Positions 21,501-31,409 are shown, counted from the stretch's first letter. The stretch: 64,000 nt of DNA from Limnochordia bacterium (GCA_007116145.1 SKJB01000050.1:1638-65637), one strand, 5' to 3'. Numbers and translations: made by a program. Notes: generated by a model not told the origin, from the sequence alone.

Positions 21501-22121
21501 AATCCGAACGGGGCAATCGAGAGTATAGGGATACACATCAATAATGCCTCCGCGCACGCTAAACTGACCATATGCTTCAACCATATCTACGCGCTCATAG
21601 CCGAGTGCTGTTAACTTAAAAATAAATGCAGCACTATCAATTTCAGACTCGCTTGTGAGCGTAATTGTGCTCTCATAAAATATCTGAGGATCCATCAGTG
21701 TTTCGCCTAGAGCTTGGATAGAGGCAAACACAATATTTCCTGGCGTTTGAATTTTCTGTAACACACTCATTCTATTTTGCCGTAGTTCCCCATCACTTGT
21801 GGCCTCTTCGTGGGGTAACAGTTCGTGCGGACTAAATACACTAACGGGCACAGTTGGGTATAAGCTTTGGAGATCCACTGCCATAACTTCGGCCTGACGA
21901 TGACTATGTGTGATCACTAAGGTTACAAGCTTAGGATTATAGGTGGCGGCAACAAATAGGCTTTTCTGCGATCCAGATAAGCCTACGAGTACTTGCTCTT
22001 GCTTTTTAAGCAGATTTTTACTAACAGATTCAACCTCTTTGGATTGACGTAATAATTCAACTAGCCCCTGTAGCGACAACTTGACTTCTCCTTTCGAGCA
22101 ATGCCAAAAAAACGTATGCAA
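18555..22121 (-). CDS. mfd: Transcription-repair coupling factor Mfd
   Basis: 1188 aa with UvrB-homology N-domain, RNAP-interacting domain, SF2 helicase motifs (GDVGYGKTEVA, DEEQRFGV) and TRG motif. Confidence 0.95.
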   Translation of the reverse strand: MHTFFWHCSKGEVKLSLQGLVELLRQSKEVESVSKNLLKKQEQVLVGLSGSQKSLFVAATYNPKLVTLVITHSHRQAEVMAVDLQSLYPTVPVSVFSPHELLPHEEATSDGELRQNRMSVLQKIQTPGNIVFASIQALGETLMDPQIFYESTITLTSESEIDSAAFIFKLTALGYERVDMVEAYGQFSVRGGIIDVYPYTLDCPVRIELFDTEVDSIRSFELDSQRSLENVQEVVIYPVREAFYGLPDLQKIRDDIWEEASAQANRLLKVHKEKEADSLLERVAHHLELLLEAKFFPGLDQYLGYLVAPASLFDYLPADARVVINEPVRIKDQLRAYLQEINETIADLLEKGRVLPSIQQKFLTWNDLWEKAAKYSPMYFTVLDKRIPEMEHAVVKQISAKTPEHFQGNLSGFLKKVSQWRKEHYRILLVTSTEERARRLVEYMKDSDIPAQYTADVSKELKIGNCIVAKGSLETGFEFPGFKLIVCTELEIYGKQRPKERIHRSEEHIKLTEGDLRIGDFVVHINHGIGQYLGLETLEVSNAHKDYLLVKFSGKDRLYVPTDQIDMLQRYVGLNDQAPKLSKLGGGEWSRVKKRVKESVQEMAQGLIKLYAERESLQGHAYNEDSPWQQEFEAAFPYEETPDQLQAIRDVKQDMQRSKPMDRLLCGDVGYGKTEVAIRAAFKAVGEGKQVVVLVPTTILAQQHHRTFVERFEEYPINIGVLSRFQSALEQKKVNQGLKAGSMDVVIGTHRLLSKDIKFHDLGLVIVDEEQRFGVAQKERLKELSKNVDVLTLSATPIPRTLHMSMVGVRDMSLIETPPEDRFPIRTFVIEWDPEAIGQAIRREIGRQGQVYFVYNRVQTIDKMYSEIQAIVPDARIAIAHGQMDETRLEKVMLDFYNGEYDVLLCTTIIETGMDISNVNTLIINDADHLGLAQLYQLRGRVGRTNRVAYAYFTYRRDKILTEDAEKRLQAIREFTELGSGIKIAMRDLEIRGAGNILGPEQHGFITSVGFELYCKLLGEAIRSLKGEVVQTPPEPVLDLSVDAYISDEYVSDPKQKVELYKKIIAIRSLSEADQLEEEIEDRFSDLPDAVRNLIEVARIKVLARQVGVASVAFETALFVVKFFPGLTETSNRYTELVRKHRGKIGYQTGRTPRLKVKIRGLTENEALRFLREALAGLKEFGLGGKNE

Positions 22122-22132
22122 TTATAAAGCCC

Positions 22133-22699
22133 TTATTCTTTACTATTAAACTGATTCATCGCTTGGTCCGCACCCTGCTGTACAAAACACTCTACTGCTT
22201 GCACACCCCGTTTGATCGCTTCTTGGTATACTGTGAGATCGGACTTGCCGATCGTTGATAAAACATAATCAGGTGTATTGTGACCAGGCGGTGTCGCCCC
22301 GATCCCAATTCGTAGACGCGCAAATTCTGATGTGCGTAACACATCAATAATATTTTGCACTCCCCTGTGCCCGCCACTGCTACCTTTTGCTTTCACACGT
22401 ATCTGAGCTGGAGCCAACGCTAAATCGTCAAATACTACTAACAGATCCGAAACCGATCCATTCCAATAATCAAGAATAGGTTTTACCGCTTCTCCACTTC
22501 TATTCATATACGTTTGTGGCTTAACAAGAATGATTTTTTCTTGTGCAAATTGACCTTCTCCGATTTTGGCCTGAAACTTATTGGTTTTCACAAGCGTATT
22601 CCAGTGCTGGCTTAATTGATCAATAACCCAAAAACCCACATTATGTCTGGTGTGCGCATAGCGTTCACCTGGGTTTCCTAAACCGATGATAATTTTCAC
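22133..22699 (-). CDS. pth: Peptidyl-tRNA hydrolase
   Basis: MKIIIGLGNPGERYAHTRHNVGF. Confidence 0.92.
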   Translation of the reverse strand: MKIIIGLGNPGERYAHTRHNVGFWVIDQLSQHWNTLVKTNKFQAKIGEGQFAQEKIILVKPQTYMNRSGEAVKPILDYWNGSVSDLLVVFDDLALAPAQIRVKAKGSSGGHRGVQNIIDVLRTSEFARLRIGIGATPPGHNTPDYVLSTIGKSDLTVYQEAIKRGVQAVECFVQQGADQAMNQFNSKE

Positions 22700-22721
22700 T
22701 CTATACTCCCCTCAATACATC

Positions 22722-22750
22722 GCAAAAGAACGCACAGTCGAGACTGTGCA
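22722..22750 (-). terminator. Putative intrinsic terminator downstream of ctc
   Basis: On the minus strand, stem GCACAGTC / GACTGTGC around loop TCGA, followed by GTTCTTTTGCG. Confidence 0.4.
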
Positions 22751-22778
22751 TTCTGCTGTGAACTCGGTTGTCCGCACT

Positions 22779-23414
22779 TTACTGTGCTTCATCAGATTCT
22801 TCTGATTCGGTGCCTTCTGCACCTGCTTCTCCAGCCTCAGCGCCCTCTTCTGTATCAAGTTCTTCTTCAGCTGTAGGTGGTGTTACTCGAACAATAATAT
22901 CTTCCGCATCGTTGATTACTGCAACGCCTTCCATTGCTTGTAGATCTTTTACATAAATACTGTCACCAATTACAAGATCAGCAACATTGACTTCAATACT
23001 CTCAGGAATGGCGTTAGGTAAACAAGAAATGCTTAGTTCTCGTAGCGTTTGTGCAACAATGCCGCCATCACTTTCTCGCACATCCTCACCGATTAAGGAC
23101 ACAACGACTGTTGTCTCAATTGCCCGATCCATAGACACTTCATAAAAATCAACGTGCTGGTATTTGCCTTGCAGTGGATCTTTTTGAATCTCCTTTACAA
23201 TAACAGTCTTTGCTGTTCCGTTAATCTGTAAATCAATGAGACCCGCTCCAGAAGACAATGCTTTGTCTAAATCCCGTTGTGCTATACTCACTAACACATT
23301 TTCCTTTTGACGACCGTAAACGTGAGCAGGCACCACTGCACTCTTGCGCAATTTCTTGACCTCTCTCGTTCCAGTAACGCTCCGTAGTTCTGCTTGCAGT
23401 TGATAATTCGCCAT
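22779..23414 (-). CDS. ctc: 50S ribosomal protein L25 / general stress protein Ctc
   Basis: L25/Ctc N-domain with acidic C-terminal tail. Conserved prs-ctc-pth order. Confidence 0.85.
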   Translation of the reverse strand: MANYQLQAELRSVTGTREVKKLRKSAVVPAHVYGRQKENVLVSIAQRDLDKALSSGAGLIDLQINGTAKTVIVKEIQKDPLQGKYQHVDFYEVSMDRAIETTVVVSLIGEDVRESDGGIVAQTLRELSISCLPNAIPESIEVNVADLVIGDSIYVKDLQAMEGVAVINDAEDIIVRVTPPTAEEELDTEEGAEAGEAGAEGTESEESDEAQ

Positions 23415-23471
23415 AATAATAACTCCTCCTTTTTCCGCACCGCTGCTATATTATACCATTCCTAGTAATTT

Positions 23472-24425
23472 CTAGTCAAATAACTTACTGACAGGGAGCT
23501 CTTCGAAAACCCGGCTGATTGCTTCCGCAAATAATGGAGCAACCGATAAAATCTTCAATTTAGGCACTCGCTTTTCATCAGGTAGATGAATACTGTCTGT
23601 AACAACAATTTCCTTAAGTGGACTGTCCTGCAGACGCTTAGCTGCTTCACCCGAGAACACAGGGTGCGAACAACAGGCAAACACATCAGTCGCTCCATTC
23701 CGTAATAGTGCTTCTGCTGCTTTTACAATTGTGCCTCCGGTATCAATCATATCATCAACGAGAATACAGTTTTTGCCTTCTACACTACCAATTATATTCA
23801 TTACTTCTGATACATTCGGCTGGGTTCGTCGCTTATCTACAATTGCGAGCTGACAGTCGAGCCGATCAGCTAGTTCCCGTGCCCGCACCACACCTCCCAC
23901 ATCGGGCGAGACCACTATTGTATCGCCTAGATCCTTGCTTTCTAGGTATTTTGCAATAATGGGCATGGCCCTAAGGTTGTCCACAGGAATATCAAAAAAA
24001 CCTTGGATCTGCGCAGCATGCAAATCCATTGTCAACACACGATCAGCCCCAGCCGCTGTAATTAAATTAGCGACTAGTTTTGCACCAATACAATCGCGTG
24101 GTTGGGTTTTACGATCTTGCCTGGCATACCCATAGTAAGGAATGACCGCTGCGATCATCTTTGACGACGCTCGCTTCATCGCGTCGATCATTAATAATAG
24201 TTCCATAAGATGTGTATCGGTGGGAGCGTTCGTGGGCTGCACAATAAAGATCTCTCCACCACGAACTGTTTCGCCGATTATTACACTGATTTCCCCATCT
24301 TGAAAGCGACCAATTTTGGATGATCCGAGATTTTCGCCAAGGTTTTTGGCAATATCTTTGGCTAATTCCGGATTTGCATTACCAGTAAACATTTTCAACT
24401 TTTTGTCGTAATGATTAACTATCAC
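23472..24425 (-). CDS. prs: Ribose-phosphate pyrophosphokinase
   Basis: PRPP synthetase motifs (DLHAAQIQGFFDIPVDNL, VSPDVGGVVRARE, DDMIDTGGT). Confidence 0.95.
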   Translation of the reverse strand: MIVNHYDKKLKMFTGNANPELAKDIAKNLGENLGSSKIGRFQDGEISVIIGETVRGGEIFIVQPTNAPTDTHLMELLLMIDAMKRASSKMIAAVIPYYGYARQDRKTQPRDCIGAKLVANLITAAGADRVLTMDLHAAQIQGFFDIPVDNLRAMPIIAKYLESKDLGDTIVVSPDVGGVVRARELADRLDCQLAIVDKRRTQPNVSEVMNIIGSVEGKNCILVDDMIDTGGTIVKAAEALLRNGATDVFACCSHPVFSGEAAKRLQDSPLKEIVVTDSIHLPDEKRVPKLKILSVAPLFAEAISRVFEELPVSKLFD

Positions 24426-25785
24426 TTTTCGCCCTCCGTTTTTGCCAAGCCTCTTTATTCACTTGTTGTGCTCGACCAATACCTAATCCACCTGCGGGCA
24501 CAGGTTTAGTAATGGTGGAGCCAGCTGCGATATAGGCGCTCTGACCGATATGCACAGGCGCAACTAAGCTACTATTACTACCAATAAAACAATTATCTTC
24601 AATAATCGTCGTACACTTTATTTCTCCATCATAGTTACAGGTAATCGTACCGCATCCAATATTAACCCCAGATCCAATTTGTGCATCACCAATATAGCTG
24701 TGGTGTGGGATTTTGCTCCCTGGACCTACTTCGGAATTTTTCACTTCGACAAAATCGCCAATTTTACAGTTCGATCCGATGCTCGATCCTGGCCGGATAT
24801 AGGCAAAGGGACCCACTAGGCATTCATCTCCGACAAAACAGTCCACTAATACTGCTTGTTCAATTCGCACCTTTGACCCTACGCTTGCGCTCTCCAAGCG
24901 GACATTCGGTCCTACAATGCAATCACTACCAATGACAGAACCTTTTTGGATATAGGTAGAGGGATAGACAATGGTATCTTCACCGATTTGACAATCTAGA
25001 TCGATATATGTGCTTGCTGGATCAATAATGGTAACGCCTGCTAACATCTGTTGGTGGCAAACTCGCTGTTGCATAATCCGTTCTGCTTGAGCGAGCTGCG
25101 TGCGATCATTAACTCCCATGCTTTCCTGTGCATCGTCTATACAGAAACCAGCCACGCTATGCTGATCGCGGATCATTAGTGGAATAACATCCGGCAAGTA
25201 GTATTCAGCCTGTGCATTATTTGGTGTAACTTTTGCTAGATAGTTAAATAGTTGCTCGCTATCAAAACAATACGTACCAGTATTGATCTCCTTAATTTCT
25301 TGTTGCTGGGCGGTTGCATCCTTGTGCTCAACAATTTTTTGTACGTGCCCGAATTCATCTCGGATGATCCGACCATAACCCATCGGATCCTGCATATGTG
25401 CAGTAATAACCGTTGCAGCAACGTTTTGTTCCCGATGAAATTCTAGGACTTGCATGAACGTTTTACTTGTAAACAATGGTGTGTCTCCGTACGTTACTAA
25501 TATTGTACCACAAAAATCTTGGAGGACACTACGACATTGATCCACTGCATGACCTGTACCTAATTGCTCATGCTGTGTCACGTGAATCGCAGCGGGAACA
25601 GCCTCACTCACCCGTTCTCCTTGATGACCGACGACGAGATAGGTTTGATCAATACCCGCCTCTTGCACACTCCTTACCACATGCTCCACCATGGATAAGC
25701 CTGCTATGTTATGTAATACCTTCGGTGTTTTCGATCGCATACGCTGGCCTTGCCCTGCCGCTAGAATTATGGCTACATTTTTCAT
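24415..25785 (-). CDS. glmU: Bifunctional UDP-N-acetylglucosamine pyrophosphorylase / glucosamine-1-phosphate N-acetyltransferase GlmU
   Basis: N-terminal LAAGQGQRMRS nucleotidyltransferase motif and C-terminal left-handed beta-helix hexapeptide repeats. Confidence 0.95.
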   Translation of the reverse strand: MKNVAIILAAGQGQRMRSKTPKVLHNIAGLSMVEHVVRSVQEAGIDQTYLVVGHQGERVSEAVPAAIHVTQHEQLGTGHAVDQCRSVLQDFCGTILVTYGDTPLFTSKTFMQVLEFHREQNVAATVITAHMQDPMGYGRIIRDEFGHVQKIVEHKDATAQQQEIKEINTGTYCFDSEQLFNYLAKVTPNNAQAEYYLPDVIPLMIRDQHSVAGFCIDDAQESMGVNDRTQLAQAERIMQQRVCHQQMLAGVTIIDPASTYIDLDCQIGEDTIVYPSTYIQKGSVIGSDCIVGPNVRLESASVGSKVRIEQAVLVDCFVGDECLVGPFAYIRPGSSIGSNCKIGDFVEVKNSEVGPGSKIPHHSYIGDAQIGSGVNIGCGTITCNYDGEIKCTTIIEDNCFIGSNSSLVAPVHIGQSAYIAAGSTITKPVPAGGLGIGRAQQVNKEAWQKRRAKSDS

Positions 25786-25966
25786 TTATCACCCCTCCTA
25801 ACATATCATATGCCAAACGTTATAGCTTTCTCTATATATTCATGATTCCCTGCCACAAACTCGTTTTTTTTTGCTTAGCATATTTTCTCTCTCGTTGCAT
25901 CTAGACTCCCACAAAGCAGGTAGAAATAAAAAAACTCCCCTATAACTAGGTGAGATAATTGAAATA

Positions 25967-26041
25967 TGGCTGGGGTGCTAGGACTCGAACCTAGGATACA
26001 GGAGTCAGAGTCCTGTGCCTTACCAGCTTGGCGACACCCCA
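25967..26041 (-). tRNA. tRNA-Gln (anticodon CTG), 75 nt with encoded CCA
   Basis: Reverse complement TGGGGTGTCGCCAAGCTGGTAAGGCACAGGACTCTGACTCCTGTATCCTAGGTTCGAGTCCTAGCACCCCAGCCA. Anticodon loop CTCTGAC. Very similar to canonical bacterial tRNA-Gln. Confidence 0.9.
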
Positions 26042-26082
26042 TTACTACTTAGAGTATATCAAACTACAGATCTAACGTCAAC

Positions 26083-26889
26083 CTAAATATTTTTAAGCCC
26101 TTCAACTTGCTCGGTCGCACAACTATCGTTCTCCGTTACTTGTCTCGATAAAAAGTCCTCCGCTAACTGCCAGTCACTTGGCTTATCGACATCAACGCCA
26201 ATTTCGGGATAGGGAGAGATAACCACTACACCATTAATGCTAAACAATGTCTTTACGCGGGATTCAATTTCAGCCACGCTTAAAGTATGCATTAAGAATT
26301 TAATAATAAAACGAAGGCCTAACAGACGACATAATTGCACTGGTTTCTTGCGCAGTGCTACTGTCTTTTTCATCATCTCTTGACAATCGCCAACCACTTG
26401 AGGGGCAATAAGGATTACATTTCCACCTGTAAAGACTCCTTCGCGAAGTTGAAAATAGGTGCGTTCTACATTCGGGAACACTTTTTCATTGGCCTCTTTA
26501 GAAACGACAGGATAAAAAAGATCCCCATCTAAATCTCCACAGCGTTCTAGAAAGTCTTCAATCGCCTCGGGATTTATAAACGGAATATCAGAAGTGACCA
26601 CTAACACCATTTTATCCGTTTCTAAGTAGTCTACCCCTCGTTTAATATTGTCGGCTAAACTTGTACCTTGTGCGATAATCGGGATGTGTGCTCCAATCAC
26701 TTCTCCAACTTGTGCTGGACCAACGACAACAATGCGAGCCACCGATTCGGTGTTCTGTAATGCGCGCACAACATAAGACACCATTGGCTCGTTATTGACT
26801 GCGATTAAGGCCTCATACTCGCACGAACTCACCGCTTGTAATTTCCCCTTATTGTCAGCACCTGCTAAAACTAAGGCATCTACCCTCAT
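26083..26889 (-). CDS. Nucleotidyltransferase-family protein (MobA-like NTP-transferase fold), function unknown
   Basis: N-terminal DALVLAGADNKGKL is a G-rich NTP-transferase loop. ATGA start/stop overlap with ispE, suggesting co-translation. Confidence 0.55.
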   Translation of the reverse strand: MRVDALVLAGADNKGKLQAVSSCEYEALIAVNNEPMVSYVVRALQNTESVARIVVVGPAQVGEVIGAHIPIIAQGTSLADNIKRGVDYLETDKMVLVVTSDIPFINPEAIEDFLERCGDLDGDLFYPVVSKEANEKVFPNVERTYFQLREGVFTGGNVILIAPQVVGDCQEMMKKTVALRKKPVQLCRLLGLRFIIKFLMHTLSVAEIESRVKTLFSINGVVVISPYPEIGVDVDKPSDWQLAEDFLSRQVTENDSCATEQVEGLKNI

Positions 26890-27764
26890 AGTTTTGTCCT
26901 CCAATTCACTGGCTCGCTTATCCCTGCGTTAACAAACTTAGTTTTTACAATCCAAACCTCATTCGCCCATTTTGCTGCAACTGCATCGGCCGCTTCATCT
27001 GTCGAAAAAAGCCCAAAGATACTCGGACCACTCCCAGACATAAGACTAACGAGCGCGCCGGCCTCGCGTAACCTACGTTTCCAGCTAGCAACTTCAGGGA
27101 CGATGTTGATTGTGACCGCTTCCATTACATTTTTCATATGGCAAAACACATTGGATCCGCGATGCTGTGCATCCATAAATTGTGCGGTATGTGTGTGGTT
27201 AAACATCTCTGCTGTTAAACTCTGGTATACTTCTTGCGTACTAATCGCTGCAAGCGGCTTAATGATCACTACTGGATAATCTGGTAATGAGGTAAGTTTC
27301 GTGAGTTCGTTGCCAACCCCCTCGGCTAGCATCGTACCGCCTTGTAAGCAAAAGGGAACATCCGCACCTAACACAAGTGCAAGCTCTTGTAGTTCAGCCT
27401 CGGTCAGGTTGGTTTCATATAACCGGTTTAATGCATGTAAGACTCCAGCTGCATCAGCACTTCCTCCCGCTAAACCGGCTGCAATGGGAATTGTTTTTTT
27501 CAGTTCGATGCAGACACCTCCGGCAATCTTCAACTCACGGAAAAACAATTTCGCCGCCTTCGTCGCGATATTGTCTGATTCTGGCAGAATCGGAATATTT
27601 GTCGTTAACCGGACATCACTTGCGCATTTATGCACATGCAATGTGTCTGCCAAGCTAACAGATTGCATCACACTAGAAATGTTATGATACCCATCAGGCC
27701 GTCGATTGTTTACGTCTAACGTAAGATTAATTTTAGCGTGCGCTTTTACAACCACAGAATTCAA
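26886..27764 (-). CDS. ispE: 4-diphosphocytidyl-2-C-methyl-D-erythritol kinase
   Basis: VKAHAKINLTLDV N-terminus and GHMP-kinase motif PIAAGLAGGSADAA. Start set at in-frame TTG 27764 after GGTGGGGTG; the six-frame ORF extends to 27845. Confidence 0.85.
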   Translation of the reverse strand: MNSVVVKAHAKINLTLDVNNRRPDGYHNISSVMQSVSLADTLHVHKCASDVRLTTNIPILPESDNIATKAAKLFFRELKIAGGVCIELKKTIPIAAGLAGGSADAAGVLHALNRLYETNLTEAELQELALVLGADVPFCLQGGTMLAEGVGNELTKLTSLPDYPVVIIKPLAAISTQEVYQSLTAEMFNHTHTAQFMDAQHRGSNVFCHMKNVMEAVTINIVPEVASWKRRLREAGALVSLMSGSGPSIFGLFSTDEAADAVAAKWANEVWIVKTKFVNAGISEPVNWRTKL

Positions 27765-27819
27765 TGTATTCACCCCACCGATAAGAAAGATTCCCCATCG
27801 AGGGCGAAAATCCTGCCTG

Positions 27820-28269
27820 TTATTTATGTAATAGCAACCAGGCACTCACAGCCATTAATCCTATACCCACTCCTTTCCAGATATTGAAGGGAATGGCAGT
27901 TAAACCAAATAAGCCAAAGTGGTCAACAACAGCCGCCATGGAGACTTGCCCCACAATAATTGCTGTGGTTGCTGCAGCCACTCCGACACGACCAATACTA
28001 GTAATAACACCATAAACAATCCCGACACCAATTATGCCCCCAAGATAACTATACCAAGGTGCTTTACCGAGCATATTCCACTTTACTGCCTCTACGTTGA
28101 GTACTAAGAGCAGAAGAGTAAATACCGAACCGACAATGTGTACAACAAAGGTTCCCGTTAACAATCCCACTACTTTCCCTAACGCAGTATTTAATGAACC
28201 TTGAATGGCCATTAGGATACCGGATACAGCTGCAATTACTAGGGCTACAATATTCATAACGCATACCAC
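27820..28269 (-). CDS. Small DMT-superfamily membrane protein (DUF606/YdcZ-like)
   Basis: ~145 aa with 4-5 predicted TM helices of glycine-rich composition. Confidence 0.5.
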   Translation of the reverse strand: MVCVMNIVALVIAAVSGILMAIQGSLNTALGKVVGLLTGTFVVHIVGSVFTLLLLVLNVEAVKWNMLGKAPWYSYLGGIIGVGIVYGVITSIGRVGVAAATTAIIVGQVSMAAVVDHFGLFGLTAIPFNIWKGVGIGLMAVSAWLLLHK

Positions 28270-28357
28270 ACTCCTGTTGTCTGAAAACTCATCAGTATAG
28301 TATGCCCCGTTTTTCTTAACCTAAAAAGAAAATGGGCCTAGGGCCCATTTTTCGCTT

Positions 28358-29941
28358 TCACCTACGGGGAATACAAACCTTATCCCCTGGAAGGATTTGT
28401 TGATTTTCCCTCTCCCGTAACCATGAATTAGCAGCAACAATTGTATCGAGGGATGTATGATATCGTTTCGCTAGTTTCCATAGAGTATCTTGTTTTTGAA
28501 CAGCTATATAGGTAATCGTGGGTGGATCCTCTTCAAGCGGTGATACTTCTAGCGCTTCAACCACAACATCAGCTGCAAACGGTTGCATCACTTTAACGGT
28601 TGAACGATAGCTCACATCTACTTCGATGGTCTCGCGATTAATCAAGTCCAAGCGTGTTTCTTTGACTTTAACATCAACAAGCGCAGTCATTCCTAGCTCT
28701 ACACCGCCTAGTGCAATGACTTGTTGAAACGGAATAGCGTTTCGGAATACGCCACAATACAGCGGTCGTTTTTCCTCATCAGTATGGGCAAGATACGCAA
28801 CTTCCAAACTAATGGTTCCTTCCACCAAAACCTTATCCTCGTCTATGCGGTACTCTGTGACATTAGCACAACCCCACGATTTCACAATCTCGCGCATCGG
28901 TGGATAATTGTCTGGAATTTCCACAACTCCTTGCGCTGATGACTGCTGCGTCTTTTCATTAATAAGATTATCTAGTTTTATTTTTTCATGTCTCGCTTCA
29001 ATACTATCTCCACTAGAGCATGTTATTTCTAAAACCGCCCGCGTATAGTTCTTTTGATAAAGCTTTACCTGACCCACTACTTTGCCACTCACAGCTAGTA
29101 CTGTGCCATCTTGGTTGGTGTCTGCCTTTGCCTCTACCCGTAAATCAGCCTCCACAACGAGTTCTTGATCGCCCGACGAATTAGGAACAACCAGCTCAAA
29201 TGGGACTCTCTCATCATACAAAAACGACTTAATCAGACCCTCCTCAGTCGCATACAAAACATCGCAGGTAAGATAACCACCGATCTTTATGTTCTCTAAT
29301 GTAATCTTTGTCTCGGTAATCTGTGGTTGCAAATCTAAGTCTAGCACTTTGTCGATGCTTGAATCATTCGGCAATTCTATCGTCTTCTGAAAGCTAACTT
29401 GCACGTCTAACTCTTTCACTAATGGTTGTGTATGCAGCGCTACATCATTAATGGCTAACTTTTTCGGCGGATTAATACTCGCACTTGTAACTGCACGCTG
29501 TTCTTCTTTTTGTTTCACACGTGCGCTAAGCTGGGTGAGCACATCCACATTTAGTGTTCGTTGATCGGGTTCCAATTCCCAATCGATAGCTAAAACCTCT
29601 ATCTTTGGCTGCGCAATCATACCATTTTCGGCGCCGATTACTTCAACAAAATCGTTAAACGAAATTGCGTTTTGCCACGGCACAACCTGATATCCAGCCA
29701 CTTCTAACTCTGACGCTTCGGACATGTAAACGAATTGCATGTTTATATAGCCATCAAAGGCTACTTTATCCTCTCCTATCGTAACGTCAGTAAGAAACGG
29801 GCTTCCCTTAAGCCATACTACTCGCTCGATGTTAGGAGCCGATGCTGGTAGTTCCAAAGTTCCTTGTAACACGCTCTGTGCAGTATTTTCTCCCACTGAA
29901 TTCTCCACATGTAAAACTTCCTCTTTAACTTTGAGGCCCAT
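28358..29941 (-). CDS. DUF3794 (SPOCS)-domain protein with C-terminal LysM domain; SpoVID/SipL-like spore coat morphogenesis candidate
   Basis: C-terminal LysM (ITYIAVQKQDTLWKLAKRYHTSLDTIVAANSW..GDKVCIP). Upstream repetitive beta-rich region. Genomic context among sporulation genes. Family assignment from memory. Confidence 0.5.
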   Translation of the reverse strand: MGLKVKEEVLHVENSVGENTAQSVLQGTLELPASAPNIERVVWLKGSPFLTDVTIGEDKVAFDGYINMQFVYMSEASELEVAGYQVVPWQNAISFNDFVEVIGAENGMIAQPKIEVLAIDWELEPDQRTLNVDVLTQLSARVKQKEEQRAVTSASINPPKKLAINDVALHTQPLVKELDVQVSFQKTIELPNDSSIDKVLDLDLQPQITETKITLENIKIGGYLTCDVLYATEEGLIKSFLYDERVPFELVVPNSSGDQELVVEADLRVEAKADTNQDGTVLAVSGKVVGQVKLYQKNYTRAVLEITCSSGDSIEARHEKIKLDNLINEKTQQSSAQGVVEIPDNYPPMREIVKSWGCANVTEYRIDEDKVLVEGTISLEVAYLAHTDEEKRPLYCGVFRNAIPFQQVIALGGVELGMTALVDVKVKETRLDLINRETIEVDVSYRSTVKVMQPFAADVVVEALEVSPLEEDPPTITYIAVQKQDTLWKLAKRYHTSLDTIVAANSWLRERENQQILPGDKVCIPRR

Positions 29942-30027
29942 TATTTCCCCCCCTTATGGTAACAACAGAGAACTACAATTATCTATATGAGACCGTTAGA
30001 GAAAAAATGTTTGATTCTTTGCTGCTT

Positions 30028-31362
30028 TTACAGAAATTTTGCGATACTAAAATGTCCTTGGAGGATTGACCACAGCCTTTTATCTTCCATTCCTAAACTA
30101 TCTAGTAGTACTCCCGCTAGATTATAGCGATTAACTAGTGCTATTGCGCTACGAAGTTGAGGGATGCTTGGAATCCGTATGTGCACTTCGACCCCTTTTT
30201 CAAAGCAGCGATAATACAACTGCTGATTTTCGTCTGTCTCGGCACGTGCTCCTTGGCGAAAGATCTTAGTCATAGCAACTTGGTAGGCCAGTACTTTCCG
30301 TTCTTGCTGTCCATCTGCTAGTGCATACTGAAAAGCATAAACAGGAATCTCAAGCAGTAATTTCCAACACGGAATATCTCGCAGTGCTTCGTGAATCAAG
30401 GGCTCTAAATACTGTTTGTCAATTTGGGGCTGGGGATTGGTTCGGACTGGCAAACGAATGACCACTTGATTTACATCCCTACTGAGCTCTGCAAAATCCA
30501 CACCGCCAAATACATTCCAGCGGGGCATATCGACGCAAAATGCTGTCATTAACGTCTTATCCCCGATTACTCGACGGACTTGCCGGACAAACTTACTGTA
30601 CCGACGACCATCGACTCGCGACAATTTACACCAGGGCAGATAGACTCCGTTTACGTTTCCCACTGACTGACTAAGCAACTGCAGACATTGCTTCTTGCGT
30701 CTGCGATTTACCAAAAATTGGTGCACTTCTAGTAAGCAATTAGTCGGCGTTACATTCAGACTAGCAATCGTGGACGAGGTAGGGGAACGGAGTGCTGCTT
30801 TGTACTTCTGGTCTATCGCCATGGGTGAAACTACACCTGTTAAGTACACGCTATTGCGTTCCATCGACTCTTTCGCTAACAGGGATTCGTCTTTCGTTCC
30901 CCATACCTGACGATCAAAAAACACCAGCTGTTGTCCAGCATAAAGCGAACGTTTCTTGCTAAACTCGCGAAACGCTTCCTTGCCAATATGATATAGCTTT
31001 GCTATATCCGCAAGCGTTTGTTGTTCTGTAACGATGTGGACTCGTCGATTCACAGGCAGATGGGTGCATAGTAGTAAGGAGTACACCTCTTTACCAGCCA
31101 CCCCATCGATCTGTAATGAGTAGTCTCGCTGGAAGTATTGGAGTGCTTCTTGGGTTAAGTAACTAAAGATGCCATCGAGCGGACCTGGTTGATAGCCTAG
31201 ATCGCCCAATCTTTTTTGTAGTTCAAGGACATCGGAGCCTTTGAGTCCAATCCGTAATACACGTGACCCTAGTTTGCGCTTAGAGTTTAACCAAAGCATC
31301 CTGTTAACGTCACGTCCTCTCTTCACTCTTGAAGTCTCCTTATAATCTATGATTGGACGCAC
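30028..31362 (-). CDS. Peptidoglycan-binding (PG_binding_1) + LysM + GH18-like domain protein; spore cortex hydrolase (YaaH/SleL-like) candidate
   Basis: N-terminal LKGSDVLELQKRLGDLGYQPGPLDGIFSYLTQEALQYFQ is a PG-binding domain. LysM-like HIVTEQQTLADIAKLY. The C-terminal region has TIM-barrel-like features, not verified. Confidence 0.45.
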   Translation of the reverse strand: MRPIIDYKETSRVKRGRDVNRMLWLNSKRKLGSRVLRIGLKGSDVLELQKRLGDLGYQPGPLDGIFSYLTQEALQYFQRDYSLQIDGVAGKEVYSLLLCTHLPVNRRVHIVTEQQTLADIAKLYHIGKEAFREFSKKRSLYAGQQLVFFDRQVWGTKDESLLAKESMERNSVYLTGVVSPMAIDQKYKAALRSPTSSTIASLNVTPTNCLLEVHQFLVNRRRKKQCLQLLSQSVGNVNGVYLPWCKLSRVDGRRYSKFVRQVRRVIGDKTLMTAFCVDMPRWNVFGGVDFAELSRDVNQVVIRLPVRTNPQPQIDKQYLEPLIHEALRDIPCWKLLLEIPVYAFQYALADGQQERKVLAYQVAMTKIFRQGARAETDENQQLYYRCFEKGVEVHIRIPSIPQLRSAIALVNRYNLAGVLLDSLGMEDKRLWSILQGHFSIAKFL

Positions 31363-31409
31363 AAAAAAAGCACCGATTTCTCGCTGCTTTTTGCATTAAC
31401 TGCAATTGG

